Source: Octopus sinensis (Eukaryota). From it: DNA of 64,000 nucleotides. Below the pieces are notes generated by a model. The model did no database searches. It worked only from the letters and a program-made list of their open reading frames with translations, and was not told the origin of the DNA. Positions 37,010 to 51,283 of the stretch are shown here, piece by piece. Within the stretch, counting starts at the first letter, position 1. Each line of letters begins with the position of its first letter. A program made the position numbers and the translations under genes. The stretch spans positions 1,426,001-1,490,000 of the forward strand of contig NC_043017.1 in assembly GCF_006345805.1 (NCBI RefSeq), written 5' to 3'.

Positions 37010-37190
37010 GGGGAAGGGACTAGTCGATAACATTGACCCCAGTGTTTCACTGGTACTCAATTTATGGACCCCGAAAGGCTCAAAGACAAAGTCGACCTCG
37101 GGAGAATTTGAACTCAGAACGTAGCGAGGGGCGAAATACCAAGAGGCATTTCGTCCAACGTGCTAACGATTCTGAAAGCTCGCTGCCTAA
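37010..37190 (-). mobile_element. SINE family B
   Basis: TTGACCCCAGTG...GACCCCGAAAGG...AAAGTCGACCTCGGGAGAATTTGAACTCAGAACGTAGCG...GCTAACGATTCTG..AGCTCGCTGCC. Confidence 0.85.
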
Positions 37191-37754
37191 TACACTGTAC
37201 CTGTTATATATCAACTGAAAAAACAAAATACCGCGAAGGAAAAAAGAAAGAAGAATCACATAAGCCATTCAATTCATCCGTGAAATAACCATAGGGGCCA
37301 ACATAATTGTTCAATAAACAAATTTCAGTTATATGCGTAATGGTCACCATTGGATTTAATACGCCTATCACTTCATACTATACCACCACAGTTGAATTCA
37401 ACGAACTCGGTGAGACTTTATACAAACGGCTAAACATGCTCTTGGTTTAGTTTTGCTAATTTCAACAGTAATATATCTATGGCGCTTGACTTTGTTAATC
37501 TCTGTTTATTTTTCATTATTTTCGGTGCAAGTCGACTTTCACGTTCGACTTTGAAGTTCCAAGAGAATAAAGAAGAAAAACAACAATAACAAAAGAAACC
37601 CGGGCCTTTATCAGTTTCTTTGTCTTCCACTCTTACGTTTATCTGTCTCTCTCCCATCTCTGCCCCTTCCAGCCATCTCCATGTACCTGTATGCATGCAC
37701 GCATATATCTATGCATATGTGTGTGTGTGTGTCTATGTGTACATATATGCATGC

Positions 37755-37797
<43 letters not shown>

Positions 37798-37922
37798 GTA
37801 CGCATGTAAATATGTATATATATATACATGCATATACACATATATATATGTATATGTATGTGTATATGTACGGATGTATAGATCTACATTTACACTTTGG
37901 CACAGACACACTTATACAACCG

Positions 37923-38004
<82 letters not shown>

Positions 38005-38944
38005 TGCGTTTGTATCCCTGTATGTATAAGTGTTCGTGTATGTGTATCTATGCATACACACACACACAGACTCACACAAACAGACAGATATGTATTTGCA
38101 AACACATATATATATGTGTCTGTGTGTGTGTATGAGTGTGCCTGTGTGTGTGCATCGGTGTACTACACGCATCGTTCTTTCCACGTGACCTTTCTGTTTT
38201 CCATACAATGTTTTGTCTTCTGCACAACTTTCATCTTATTCACGTCGTTGTTTAGTTTGATTCTTCCTCCCTCCAGTCTCTCGTGGTTTGCCTTTTGATC
38301 TCGATTCCATCGGCATATTTGTTTTAAAATATTCTATCCACGAACAGAATTTAACCCAGATATTGCACTTACATTCTCTGAATGTTATTTTGTTTTCTCC
38401 CTCTCCTGTAATTGAAGACAAAATAAGACAACCGAGTTTTATACGCTCAGAAATGTCCCAAAGCGTTTTTAGAAAGTGATTAGATTTGCATTGAAAAGCT
38501 AGTTATGTTCGTGGTCTTATATATATGTGTATGGGGAGACATTGTCTGTATAGGAGAACCTAAATGGATCCATTTATTATACTAACATACATAGTTATAT
38601 ATGTATGAACGGACGTAAGTAAGTACGTATGTATATATGCAATTATGTATGTAGGTAAGTATATATACTTGTGCATATGCATCTCTGTACGTAAACATCA
38701 TACATGCAATATTTTTTGTTTATTTTAGTTACTAATTTTCACACACACCTGACACTTTCAGACAAATATATATTCATAGTAAATTTTCAGATGCCTTACG
38801 TAAATATATGTACACTCACAGATTCACACAACATGCACATTCGTGTCTGTATGTGTACCTTTCTGTTTCTCTGTCTAGATGTATGTATTCTTATGTTTTT
38901 GCATGCATATGTTGGTATGTATGTATGTATGTATGCAGTTTATA

Positions 38945-39013
<69 letters not shown>

Positions 39014-39147
39014 ATATATGCATACATGTACACATGTATATATACACACACATACATATACATGTATGCTCATATGCAAGCGTGTATATGTGAATGGTTG
39101 TATATAGATTTATATAAGGATTGAATCTATATGTATGCATATACATT

Positions 39148-39194
<47 letters not shown>

Positions 39195-39685
39195 TATATG
39201 AAGGTATGCGTATATAACCAACGTCAGAGTTATTAAGACGATGATAGGATGTTTTGTTTCTACCAAATGCTTACAGCAGAAATGTCTCTGTTCAAAACAC
39301 ACTAAGCAAGGACGCGAAATTTTTTCGCACGCAATTTCTGGCCCCCAGTAATGAACTCTTTTGCATACAGCCCATCAGATTTCACTTCGACCTTGTTGTC
39401 AGGTTAACAAAGTTTGGCATTCCAGAAAGGTGTTTTAAGTCGACCGATCGGCAAGTTATGCCTGATTTTAGGAGACAAGTAGATAGGAGAGTGATGTGCT
39501 AGCATCCCTCTTCACTTACAGTTTTACAAAGTAAACAACAACACGAATAACTACACAGAGACAGTCATGTTTTAAACAAGAACAAGAACACGAAGCATTT
39601 TTAAAAGAGCAAAGAAGCATGGTCATTCCTTACCCAAGTAACCTCATCTTATCGGCCATCGCTTGTCATGCGCTCATAAATTAGT

Positions 39686-39839
39686 TTCTTTCAGTTTCCG
39701 TCTACTAAATCCACTCACAAGGCTTTGGTTGGCCCGAGGCTATAGTAGAAGACACTTGCCCAAGGTGCCACGCAGTGGGACTGAACCCTGAACAATGTGC
39801 TTCGTGAGCAAGCTACTTACCACACAGCCACTCCTACGC
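39686..39839 (-). mobile_element. SINE family A 5' part
   Basis: TTCTTTCAGTTTCCGTCTACTAAATCCACTCACAAGGCTTTGG...CCAAGGTGCCACGCAGTGGGACTGAACCC...CTTACCACACAGCCACTCCTACGC. Confidence 0.9.
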
Positions 39840-40550
39840 ATATATTATCGGAGTAAACTTGAACTGGGAACAGTATTTTGTTGACACAAACAGTAGCAAA
39901 CTTTTTCGACACAAACATAATGACGTCATCCAGAACCGTCAAAAATTCCAGGCGAACCGCATAATCTAATAAGGTTGGTATTAATAGTAATAATAATAAA
40001 CTAAATATCAAATTAATTAACTAATTAGTTAATTATATAATTAATTAGTTCCTCAATCAATAGAATCATAGCTAGAAACAAGCGATTTTGTCAGCTGATA
40101 ATGGAACAAATCTCCACTACTTCGATTCCAATTAATTTTGGTTGTCGACAATAATAATTTGGAAACAACAAAATGATCTCACGAGAAAAATTGAAATGGC
40201 GTGCATGGTCAGGGCAAAGAGGTGAGCTCTTAGCATGAGCTTTAGAGTCAGAGAAAAAGTTTGAGAAAACGGATGGCATCAATGACAATTTCGACAATAG
40301 CTTTGTGAGATTTCAACATGCGGCCATCGTAGGTAGTCTCTCCATATCTATGGCGGAATGTGTTTTGCATTAAAAAGTTATTCCTAACATAATTGGGTTT
40401 GATCTTCTTTATATCTTATTCATAAGTACCCACTCATCTGACTATTAAGACCTAATTTTTGTAGTGTTAGTGATCTTTCTGGAAGCCATGAGACTAATAA
40501 AGGTGTCAAAAACATTATCATCATCATCATCGTCATCATCATTGTCATCT

Positions 40551-40612
<62 letters not shown>

Positions 40613-40896
40613 GTTGTTGTTGTTGTTGTTGTTGTTGTTTTTGCTGTTGCTGTTGTTTCTAACGCGGTGAACTGGCGGAATAGTCGGAAACCCCGTACAA
40701 AATGCATACGGCCATTTCGTTCGTCCTTACAGTCTGAGTTCAAGCCAACATAGAAGTAGACGTTGTTTTTCAGATTTTCCGCATCGACAATATAAGTGTC
40801 CGTTCAGTACAGGGTCGATGTAAAGGATTAACCCCCATCCCGAACATTTGAAATCACCACCATCATCATCAAATTATATCTTTGGAGTTATATTTG

Positions 40897-40952
<56 letters not shown>

Positions 40953-40955
40953 TTT

Positions 40956-40997
<42 letters not shown>

Positions 40998-41020
40998 TAC
41001 TACTACTACTACTACTATTT

Positions 41021-41056
<36 letters not shown>

Positions 41057-41071
41057 ATAATAATAATAATA

Positions 41072-41633
41072 GCAGTACCAGGCAGTGGCTCTCGTGGCTT
41101 CTGATCTTAACTGATTGGAAGTATCATCATGTACATTGTTTTGTCTTGGTATAAAAGATGGGTTACAGCAAATATTCTGCTCAATACCACAGATTTGCTT
41201 GTCAGTTATTTGACCGTAACCAGTTGAGCATGTCCTTTAGTGGTTGACGATATGTGCATCTCTGATCGTGAGCAGAAGTAACGAGGAAGCATCATAGCCA
41301 TGTGTTGAGGTGGGTCTTTGGGGTTTGAATAATTCACCTCTGGAAACATGGGTGTCTCGTTCAACGTCCTTAAACAACCCTTATTCAGGGACCTTTTCAG
41401 TGGGATGTGTTGCTCGACCAGAGGAAAATTCTAACTGGGCCCCACCTGAAAGGTCATGTGCTGTTTAACTTGTTATGAGGTCACCATGTCGCGCGCGTAT
41501 GGTTATGATACATGTGCCTAGTGTACCCTTATCAGACGGGTAGTCATGATGGGTATACTTGGCTTCGTATATTTTACCCCACTGTCACTTTGATGGCATG
41601 CACTGCTCTCTCACTCAATAATAATAATAATAA
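41072..41633 (+). mobile_element. ~545-bp retroposed element (probable LINE 3' UTR or SINE) inserted in (TAA)n
   Basis: GC-richer unique island starting after (AAT)n and ending CTGCTCTCTCACTC(AAT)n; no ORF. Class is inferred from the tail and target only. Confidence 0.55.
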
Positions 41634-41639
41634 AGCTTT

Positions 41640-41830
41640 CAAATTTTAGCACAAGTCTAGCATTATCGAGGGCGTTGGCAAGTCAAGTACATAGACTCTA
41701 GTGTTCAACTGGTACTTGTATTATCGACACCAAAACGATGACAGGTAAAGTCGACCACGGCAGCTTTTGAACACAGAGGGTAATGTCCGAAGGAACGTCG
41801 CTACGCATTTTTCCCTGCGGGCTACCTATT
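41640..41830 (-). mobile_element. SINE family B, old copy
   Basis: TTTCAAATTTTAGCACAAG...TATTATCGACACCAAAACGATGACAGGTAAAGTCGACCACGGCAGCTTTTGAACAC. Confidence 0.7.
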
Positions 41831-42134
41831 TTGCCAGCGCGTCGGCTACGACTACTAATAGTATTAATAGAAATAAACGTTAAACATAACAACAACAGCA
41901 ATTATAAATGTATTCCAAGAGCTATGTTTTGCCTTCACGGAGTGTTTGTTATCGTATTCCCTAACGCAAAAGAGCTGAGATGTCATCAAATATTTGATCA
42001 GAGAGTCGTGCGCTTTTACGTTCCCCGTAGACCATTAATTCACCACAATAATGTCACTTAGCAAGAGTGTTTAACATAGATGATAGAGATGTATACACAC
42101 AACAAGCACGTATGGGATGCAGATACATACATAC

Positions 42135-42207
<73 letters not shown>

Positions 42208-42554
42208 GACAGATAGATATACATACACAAACACATATATATATATACATATATGTACTGTATGCGTACGTATGTGGGTGTCAGCATATTTATATACACG
42301 TATATCCATATAAACCTATCTATCTATCTAACCAGTTATCTATCTATACTCACATACCCACACACATACATATATAATTTATAGTTTCAACATATTTTTG
42401 CAAGGAAATTTATATATATATATATACATATATATGTATGTACGTATATATATATATTTATGCATGTAAGTATATACATATATATGTATGTATTTAAGCA
42501 ATTAAGATTCAAATGAGTTCTATTGAATTCACAAGAATATGGTGCTTGACTTGG

Positions 42555-42612
<58 letters not shown>

Positions 42613-43346
42613 TGAGTGTGTGTATACATATACATATGTATTCACATTCATACATACACACACACACATTCATGTAAATATGTTGAAAGATAGGAAGAGG
42701 CCAGTTCGCTCCGATAATTCGCAGCTAGGTCGAGAGAGAGGAAGATAGATAAATAGACAGGTAAACAAATAGATCGATCGATCGCTAGATAGATCAATAG
42801 AATGTTGAAGCACAGTAGCAATGGTGGTTGGGCGTTATTAATATCAAAATGGCAAAGGCATAACCCTTTGCATATATTTAAATACAGAATTATTGGCCCT
42901 TTTGTTACAGGAAAAATAACGTGGATAGTACCGTTTTGCTAAATTCCCTTTCGCCTTTTGTAGAGAGTGGTGTTATTCATGACATTGTGTAGATTGTGAC
43001 GACCGAATACGACAATACAACTTCAATCCTCTATGGTATACATTTAATTATTTATCCATTCAATTATTTCTAATTAATGTTCATGACTTTGTGTGGTTCC
43101 TTATTAAGCTGGCAGAATACGTGAAAATTAATGAGTTAACGTTTAAACGTTTATATTATTGCATCCACATGGTGCAAAAATGCAGAAAAAACATCATCCA
43201 GTTATCCCTGGAGTTTGAAAGAACATGCTACAGCATTCAACATCAGGTTGTAGATCCATTTGATATGTAAGCTACATAGAAAATATTGAAGATATTGCAT
43301 TTCAGGCATTGCTGAGAAGAGTCATATTCAGCAACAGATTCACAGA

Positions 43347-43732
43347 CTCTCTCTTTTACTCTTTTACTTGTTTCAGTCATTTGACTGCGGCCATTCTGGA
43401 GCACCGCCTTTAATTGAGCAACTCGACCCCGGGACTTATACTTTGGCAAGTCCAGTACTTATTCTATCGGTCTCTTTTGCCGAACCGCTAAGTAACGGGG
43501 ACATAAACACACCAGCATCGGTTGTCAAGCAATGTTAGGGGGACAAACACAGACACACAAACACACACACATACACACATATATATATATACATATATAC
43601 GACAGGCTTATTTCAATTTCCGTCTACCAAACCCACTCAGAAGACACTTGCCCAAGATGCCACGCAGTGGGACTGAACCCGGAGCCATGTGGTTGGTTAG
43701 CAAGCTACTTACCACACAGCCACTCCTGCGCC
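43347..43732 (-). mobile_element. SINE family A, near full length with internal deletion
   Basis: Tail (CTCTTTTA)n, CAGTCATTTGACTGCGGCCATTCTGGAGCACCGCC, internal (CA)/(TA), head ...CCACACAGCCACTCCTGCGCC. Confidence 0.92.
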
Positions 43733-44116
43733 TATCTACTAAAATTATTATTTTTTAATAATATATCACCATTCGATAAAATACCAGGCGATTGAATCGG
43801 TCAACATTCACCTATTTACCTCCAACAATCAAAATATCTATATTCCTCACCTTTAATCCTTTAATAAATATTTCTTCTTTCATAGGTCTTATATTTTTTA
43901 TTGTACATCTCTACCGCAGCATACGATAGAATAATTCTTGCATTGTTACCTTCATATCCAAAACCAACTACTGTTCAATATCTACTTTGAGATAGCAGTA
44001 ATTTACTTCGCTTCCCCAAACTTGTTCAAATTATAATACAAATTTATTCTGCACTTTGCATAATATTAACCTCAGTTATACCACTTTTACTTCAGACATG
44101 AAGATACAATATTCAT

Positions 44117-44535
44117 TTACTCTTTTACTCTTTTACTTGTTTCAGTCATTTGACTGCGGCGACGCTGGAGCACCGACGTTAGTCGAGCAAATCGATCCCA
44201 GGACTTATTCTTTGTAAGCCTAGTACTTATTTTATCACTCTCTTTTGCCGAACCGTTAAGTTACGGGGACGTAAGCACACTAGCATCGGTTGTCAAGCGA
44301 TGTTGAAGGGACAAACACAGACACACAAACATATACACACACATACACACACATATATACATATATATATATACATATATACGACGGGCTTCTTTCAGTT
44401 TCCGTCTACCAAATCCACTCACAAGACTTTGGTCGGCCCGAAGGTATAGTAGAAGACACTTGTCGAAGGTGCGACGCTGTGGGACTGAACCCGGAACCAT
44501 GTGGTTGGTTAGCAAGCTACTTACCACACAGCCAC
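44117..44535 (-). mobile_element. SINE family A, full length
   Basis: Same layout as 43347-43732, without the internal deletion. Confidence 0.92.
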
Positions 44536-44692
44536 TGAAATTTTTTTACTCAAGATTTATCCATCCTTGCAAGTGTCAATCCTTATTCACTCACACTTAC
44601 AATATTTGTAATGATTTATATCCTCCACCTTTTACCCAGGCCATAACACATCCTTGCAAAGGAAGCAGAATATCAAAATATGCCTTCGTTGA

Positions 44693-44900
44693 AGTGGCGA
44701 GCTTACAGAATCTTTAGCGCGCCGGGAAAATTGCTTAGAAGCAATTCAGTCACTCAACGCTCTGGATTCAAATTCCGCCGAGGTCGCCTTTGCCTTTCAT
44801 CATATCCGGGTCGATAAAACAAGTACCACTTAAGCACTGGAGATGATGTAACTGACTTTCCCTTCCTCCTGGTGTTGCTGGTCTTGTGCCAAATTTGGAC
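44693..44900 (+). mobile_element. SINE family B, older 3' variant
   Basis: GTGGCGAGCTTACAGAATC...GGATTCAAATTCCGCCGAGGTCGCCTTTGCCTTTCATC...CTTGTGCCAAATTTGG. Confidence 0.8.
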
Positions 44901-45962
44901 ACCGATATATTCCACTGATGTCTAAGTATGAGGTTGAAGGTTTCTTTGTATGTTAATCGTTCGCTCCCCATAAGCATGAGACTCGATGTATTATCAATAA
45001 CGAACTATCTGACTAGACACACATATATGTATGTATGTGTATATTGTACATTTATGTGTCTTTGTGTTTCACTCCAAATACATTACAGCCGTTGGTGGTT
45101 TGTTTATAACCTTGTAACAAATGGTTCGTTAAAAGTGACTGGTAAAACTTTTAAATATAATAAGTACTTGGTTTAATGTGATCGACTAAATATCTCATGA
45201 ATGTGACACATGGCCGTTGCCCAGTGGGGGAAACAAGTAAAGAATAAAAGCATAATTATACGTGCGTGAGCACACTCGTACATACACACACGCACACACT
45301 CTCTCTTTCTCTCTCTCACTCCCTCTCTCTCTCTCTCACACACACACACACAAACACACACGCACACACACTGTCTGTAGTTTTCCTTGTTATATTTCTC
45401 CTGGTAGACCTCATTAGACACGAGACTATATTTCATATCGTAATGAAACTGTCTATATAAATTGATACAAGTTAATCCATCACAATTCTATACTCCTAAT
45501 TCAGTTATATGCTATAAACATTACACTCTGTATTTCCTGAGTTACTTTGTCTATTTCTAACGGCTGTACGTGCTCATTATAAAATTTTCCAATTATTATG
45601 CGCTAATTTGTAGTTTCCCCGCTACTACAAAAGTTCGGTTTCTCCTGCCTTTTTTTTTTGTGTTGTTATTTCTATAATATTAGATATTTCTTCCGTTCTT
45701 TTGTCCTACATAACAGACATAATCATATTACGATAAAAGTGTGAATCTCTCGAGTTGCTTGCAACATCGAAAGCTGACTGAAAAGAAAATTATTGCTCGT
45801 CGTGTGAGCACAGTTATCCTGTAAATATTTCTCAGAACTATGTTTATATTATAAATACAATGAGATTAAAATACTAAATTTATATTATTGGTTATATTTT
45901 AGTATTACTAGTTATAGTATGATATTTACGTTATGTTGTGTTTCTATTGTTGTAATATTATT

Positions 45963-46363
45963 TTCAAATTTTGGCGCAAGGACAGCAATTTCGGGAAAGA
46001 TAAATCGATTACATCGACTCCAATCTCACCAGATATTTATTTCATCGATCGCTAAAGGATAAAATGCAAAGTCAACATCGATGGAATTTGATTTCGGAAA
46101 GTCAAGACGGACGAAGTGCTGCAGAACATTTTGGGCAGCGTGCTAACGATTCTTATTTCTTTACTACTCACAAGGGGCTAAACACAGAGGGGACAAACAA
46201 GGGCAGACAAAGGGATTAAGTCGATTAGATCGACCCCAGTGCGTAACTGGTACCTTATTTAATCGACCCCGAAAGGATGAAAGGCAAAGTCGACCTCGGC
46301 GGAATTTGAACTCAGAACGTAACGGCAGACAAAATTCGCTAAGCATTTCGCCCGGCAGGCTAA
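45963..46363 (-). mobile_element. Two tandem SINE family B copies (old 45963-46153, young 46154-46363)
   Basis: The young copy has an intact body and the tail TGTCCCCTCTGTGTTTAGCCCCTTGTGAGTAGTAAAGAAATA; the old copy is diverged and has the alternative 3' end. Confidence 0.9.
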
Positions 46364-47385
46364 GGTAGTGGCTCAGCTGCGGTCTAATCACTGAAACAAT
46401 TAGAAGAATAAAAGATAAAAATTACCAAATGGCGGATTCGAATATGAATATCTGATCCCTGGTGCTGTTCATAACCGCCGAATATTTCCCTTTAGACGAT
46501 GTGCGTTCACAACATACATGATTCACCGGAAATCAAAATAATGCCATTTTTGCTTTCATTATCTTGTTGATGATATTTGGTATATTTGTTTTTTCTTTTG
46601 TTAGTTGTCGTGCTACTATTGCTATCGGTTTCTGGTGTCGTGTTGCTGTCGTTTATGCTGTTACCACGTTGTTAGTAAAATTTTACACTAATAATTTTCA
46701 ATGTTTTAGGAAATGGAGTCGTTGAAGTTAATATTCGCATACCTTCCATTCCATTATATTTTCCTCTAAGTTTTCTCTTTGTTCTTTATGCTATCCGCTA
46801 CGGTGTTAGTTTACATGGTTATGTTTCATGTTGAATTTGATTTGATATTTATAAAAGTTCAGCTTCCAAACATCATTCTGGCATTACAAGTAATATTAAA
46901 TTCAATAAATACATACAATTCTATACAACTATGTATGCTTCTATAAAACTTGCTCCGAAAATACTTCCAGATAAATACCTTTAATGCTTTAACAAACGAG
47001 GTTATCGAAGCAGACGACACCTTATTGCACGTTGCACATCTCGCACTTCTATGACGGACTCCAACGATCAATCCTCCATGATCAAACGACAAACTTGTAA
47101 ACATTTTCAATGAAAAGACTTCTACGCTGGCCGTAGCAGACGATGGGAGGCAAAGCAAAAATAACTGTGTCCTCTTTAAATGTCGGAGACACGAAGAGTC
47201 ATTAACAACTTTTTTTTTTTTTTACTCGTGAATCATGAAAAAGAATTTAGAAACTACATACATAAATGTTTCGAAGTTTGTCTGAAAAATTAATAAAATT
47301 CGGTGTAAAATTGAGAAGCTCCGTTGTTTAGGATCGGAGATGCACATATACAATAATAATAATCATAGTAGTTGAAGTAGTAGTA

Positions 47386-47458
<73 letters not shown>

Positions 47459-47541
47459 CAGTATGAGTAGGAGTAAGAGTAGTGGTAGAATGAAAACAAC
47501 AAAGGCAAAGTAACACCGGATTACCAGACACCTAATATAAC

Positions 47542-47600
<59 letters not shown>

Positions 47601-48195
47601 TGGCTAACTAGAAATAATTTTATAGCCAAAGTAATAAAATATAAAATCGAATTTGATTTTACATCCTGTGACACATGTATACGATTTTAAATTGCCTTCC
47701 TTTCAATATCACTTCAGCAGAGATCGATAAATATTTTATATCGTAATGGTTTTTACTGTCAAGATGTCATCAATTTAAAATGTAATATCGCAGACGGGAA
47801 AATTAGTTTGCAAATCGGGAAAAGTAAACTACAAAAATGCAAGCCTAAAGTATAATATTCATTTGTATAGACATCAATATAACAAAAATACAGGTGTGCG
47901 TTTCCCCACCTTTCCTCTCTTTATATATCTATCGATATAGCTTGCCATAAATATAGAAACAAATATACAGACATATACAAAAACACATATATATATATAC
48001 ACTCACAACGAGAAATGGATAGGTATACATACATGCATATATATATATATATAATATATATATATATTATATATTATATGTGTGTGTGTTATGAAATGGA
48101 AATGAAATTCAATAATTGAAATTGTGAACCTTGAGTTACAACTTTCTATTATTTGAGGTAAACATTATAAATATATATATAATATATAATATATA

Positions 48196-48238
<43 letters not shown>

Positions 48239-48665
48239 ATATGTATACATACACTCATATATATATATAATAGTACATATATAAGTGTGTGTAGTCTTGA
48301 GCGTATATATATATATATTATATATATATATATATATATGTGTGTGTTGTGTGTGTGTGTATGCAAGTAAGTGTATGTCGATGTATGTTTGCGCAGACTG
48401 TAAAAAAATTTGTTATGTTATTTCTTTAGAATCTAAAATGATCAAATGTGTCTCTGCGAAAAATATAAAATTTAATTAATGTGCGCCTGGATATCTATCC
48501 ATCTATCTCTCTGTCTATTTAGCTATATAACTATCTATCTATCTTTGTAGTTTGCTATCTGTCCATCCATCAATCTCTCTCGCTCTCTCTCGCTCTCTCT
48601 CTCTCGCTCTTCTCATATATATGTATGCATGTGTGAGTGTCTGATTGTATGTAAGTTTAGACGTG

Positions 48666-48702
<37 letters not shown>

Positions 48703-49749
48703 ACTATCTATCTATATATATATATTATTTGCATATATACTTGAATATGTATACGTAGTAATGTAACTATGAATACGTGTACATATAAATAAACATATAT
48801 ATATATATATACATATATTTTTATATATGTATATATGTATATATTATATATATATAATATATATATATATATTATATATATATATGCAAGTATATGTTTA
48901 TATATATATATACATATATATATGTACATATATACATATGTATATATACGTGTATATATGTATATAAATATATATATAATATATATATGTATATATGTAT
49001 ATAAATATATATAAGCATATATATATATATATAATATATATATATATATTATATATATATATACACACATATACCTATGTATATACGCAAAACTCTTATT
49101 CGTGTGTATGTTAGGTTGACTGTGAAAGTAATTGCTCGAGTAGAAGAAGAATCTCTTTACTCTGATGTCAAACAGAAAGTGAATATTTGTGAAAATCACA
49201 TTAAGATTAATGAGACTACGTTTATTTGTGCACTCAACCTCCCCCCCCTTCTCACACGCTCACAGACGTAGAGGCATAGATGTGTGTATCTGTGTATGTA
49301 ACATTTACATTAATGTTTTCGGGGTATCCATTATATATGCATATATATATATATATATATCAATATCCATACACACACACACACAGACATACATTTATAT
49401 ATATACATACATCCGTATATATAGACGGTGCAGTGCAATATATTAAATGACACATTTTGCTAAGTAATATCATGATTAATAAAACTTCAATCTCTTTTAT
49501 AAAGAATATAAAATATTATCTGACTTAAGTTTTCTTGCAGAGTTTCTTTTATTAGATTATGGGTCTGAAAATATTTGAGGCACATTTTATACATTTGGGA
49601 ATGGGTTGTGCCCTTTTCTTTAATTTATTATAAAATATGCGGGGTATATAAAAAATGTGTGATACTGAATATTGATTTGCAGATAACGTTATGTCGGTAT
49701 GTATGTGTGTAATATATATATATATATATATTACACAATATATGACCTC

Positions 49750-49950
49750 GTGAATACCGTTGGCGATTTTTTTTCCTCTGTCTTCCCTTCTCGGGATTTT
49801 TCCTTCCCCTATGTTTCCGACGAAGATTTCCGCTCGAAACGTTAAACCCTCCTTCTTCCCTTCTTTCCTGAGCGTCCAATAATACTGTATTTGTTCCACG
49901 TCCTCGCGTTGTTGTGTCTTTTTGTTTTTTTTGTGTTTTCTTGTTTGGAT

Positions 49951-49955
<5 letters not shown>
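49750..49955 (+). mobile_element. Short hammerhead-bearing (PLE-type) element flanked by (TA)n
   Basis: GTTT-CCGACGA-A-GATTTCCGCTC-GAAAC-GTT-AAAC at 49813-49847; downstream TTCCTGAGCGTCCAATAATAC resembles the 29.6/36.4-kb family. Confidence 0.6.
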
Positions 49956-50000
<45 letters not shown>

Positions 50001-50404
50001 TATGATATCAGGGCAATAAATATTTTAGAAATTTTTACCATCTGTGCCCTAGAGTGCAGTAAAATTGTCAATAGACTATATATTATTCCTATAAATACAT
50101 TGTACATTAAAACATATCAGAGGTATCCTTCATAGGATTCCTGTCAAGCTAGAAGGAACAACTAAAGTCCAAACCACTATTGGGGATAAAAACTCGAAGG
50201 GAATGAAAAATAAAAACATTTACCATCTCCTGCACCATGCTGGATTTACCTCGTACTTATAGGTTTAATCCAGGCGCACCTGTTGATGAAGACTTCGCCT
50301 AGCAAATTATTTTACATGCTAAAAAAAGTCTGAAACCATGTCAAGAATGGTTTATTCGAACAGATCCACACCACTACCTTCATTTTTTAAATCTGACACA
50401 TTGA

Positions 50405-50650
50405 TATTTATTCGGTCTCTGTCTTTTGCCGAACCGCTAAGTTATTAGGACGCAAGCAAGCCGACAACAGCTATCAACTTGTGGGTGATGGACAAACATA
50501 GGCGCATCTACACATTCATAATCATAAACACACGCATATTCGACATGCTTAAATACTGTTTCCGCCTCAAAATGCACTCAAAAGACACTGGACGAACAAG
50601 AGCTATAGTAGAAATCATTTATCGAAGGTGGTATGGTGTTGGATAGAACT
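50405..50650 (-). mobile_element. SINE family A, diverged
   Basis: ATTCGGTCTCTGTCTTTTGCCGAACCGCTAAGTTA...AGAGCTATAGTAGAAA. Confidence 0.65.
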
Positions 50651-51185
50651 CAACTCCACGTTTATTTAAAACCATACATGCTTATTGCAAAGAAGATGCG
50701 GTGTGACTAAAGCTATCAATGAGAGATTGCATAATGAATTTATTGCAGTCTTTGATGGGAGAAATGGGTGTAATTAAGAATATTTGTATTGTGTTATACG
50801 ATGTTTGACCGGGGGAAAAATAGAGACAACTCCACTACTCTCGGTAAATATTTTATTTTTAAATCCGTTCAATTGTGTGGTCAGATAACCTTTTGCAGGA
50901 GCTTAACGAGATGGTTACATTTGTTGATGAACGCTGATCTGATATCAAGAGAGTCAGCGGATTTATTAAATTTGCAAAGTCTATAACTCTTCTAAGCTAC
51001 ATAAAATTCACGATTTACAAGCTTTACAGCTATATAATAATTCACGCATCGATACCGTCAAAGATTCAAGCCATTACTCATCTATTTCATCACCACATTG
51101 TTGTCAGGGACAAGTGATATCGCAGTCGTTTCTTAGAGAATGCAATCATCCCCTATATATAATACTTTGGTCAGCTCCAAACTGT

Positions 51186-51283
51186 ACTAGGAGACACTTG
51201 CCCAAGGTACCACTCAGTGTGATTGAACCTGGAAACATGTGGTTGAGAAGCAAGCTTCACATTACAGAGCCATGTCTGCACCT
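51186..51283 (-). mobile_element. SINE family A head
   Basis: GAGACACTTGCCCAAGGTACCACTCAGTGTGATTGAACCTGGAAACATGTGGTTGAGAAGCAAGCTTC. Confidence 0.75.
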
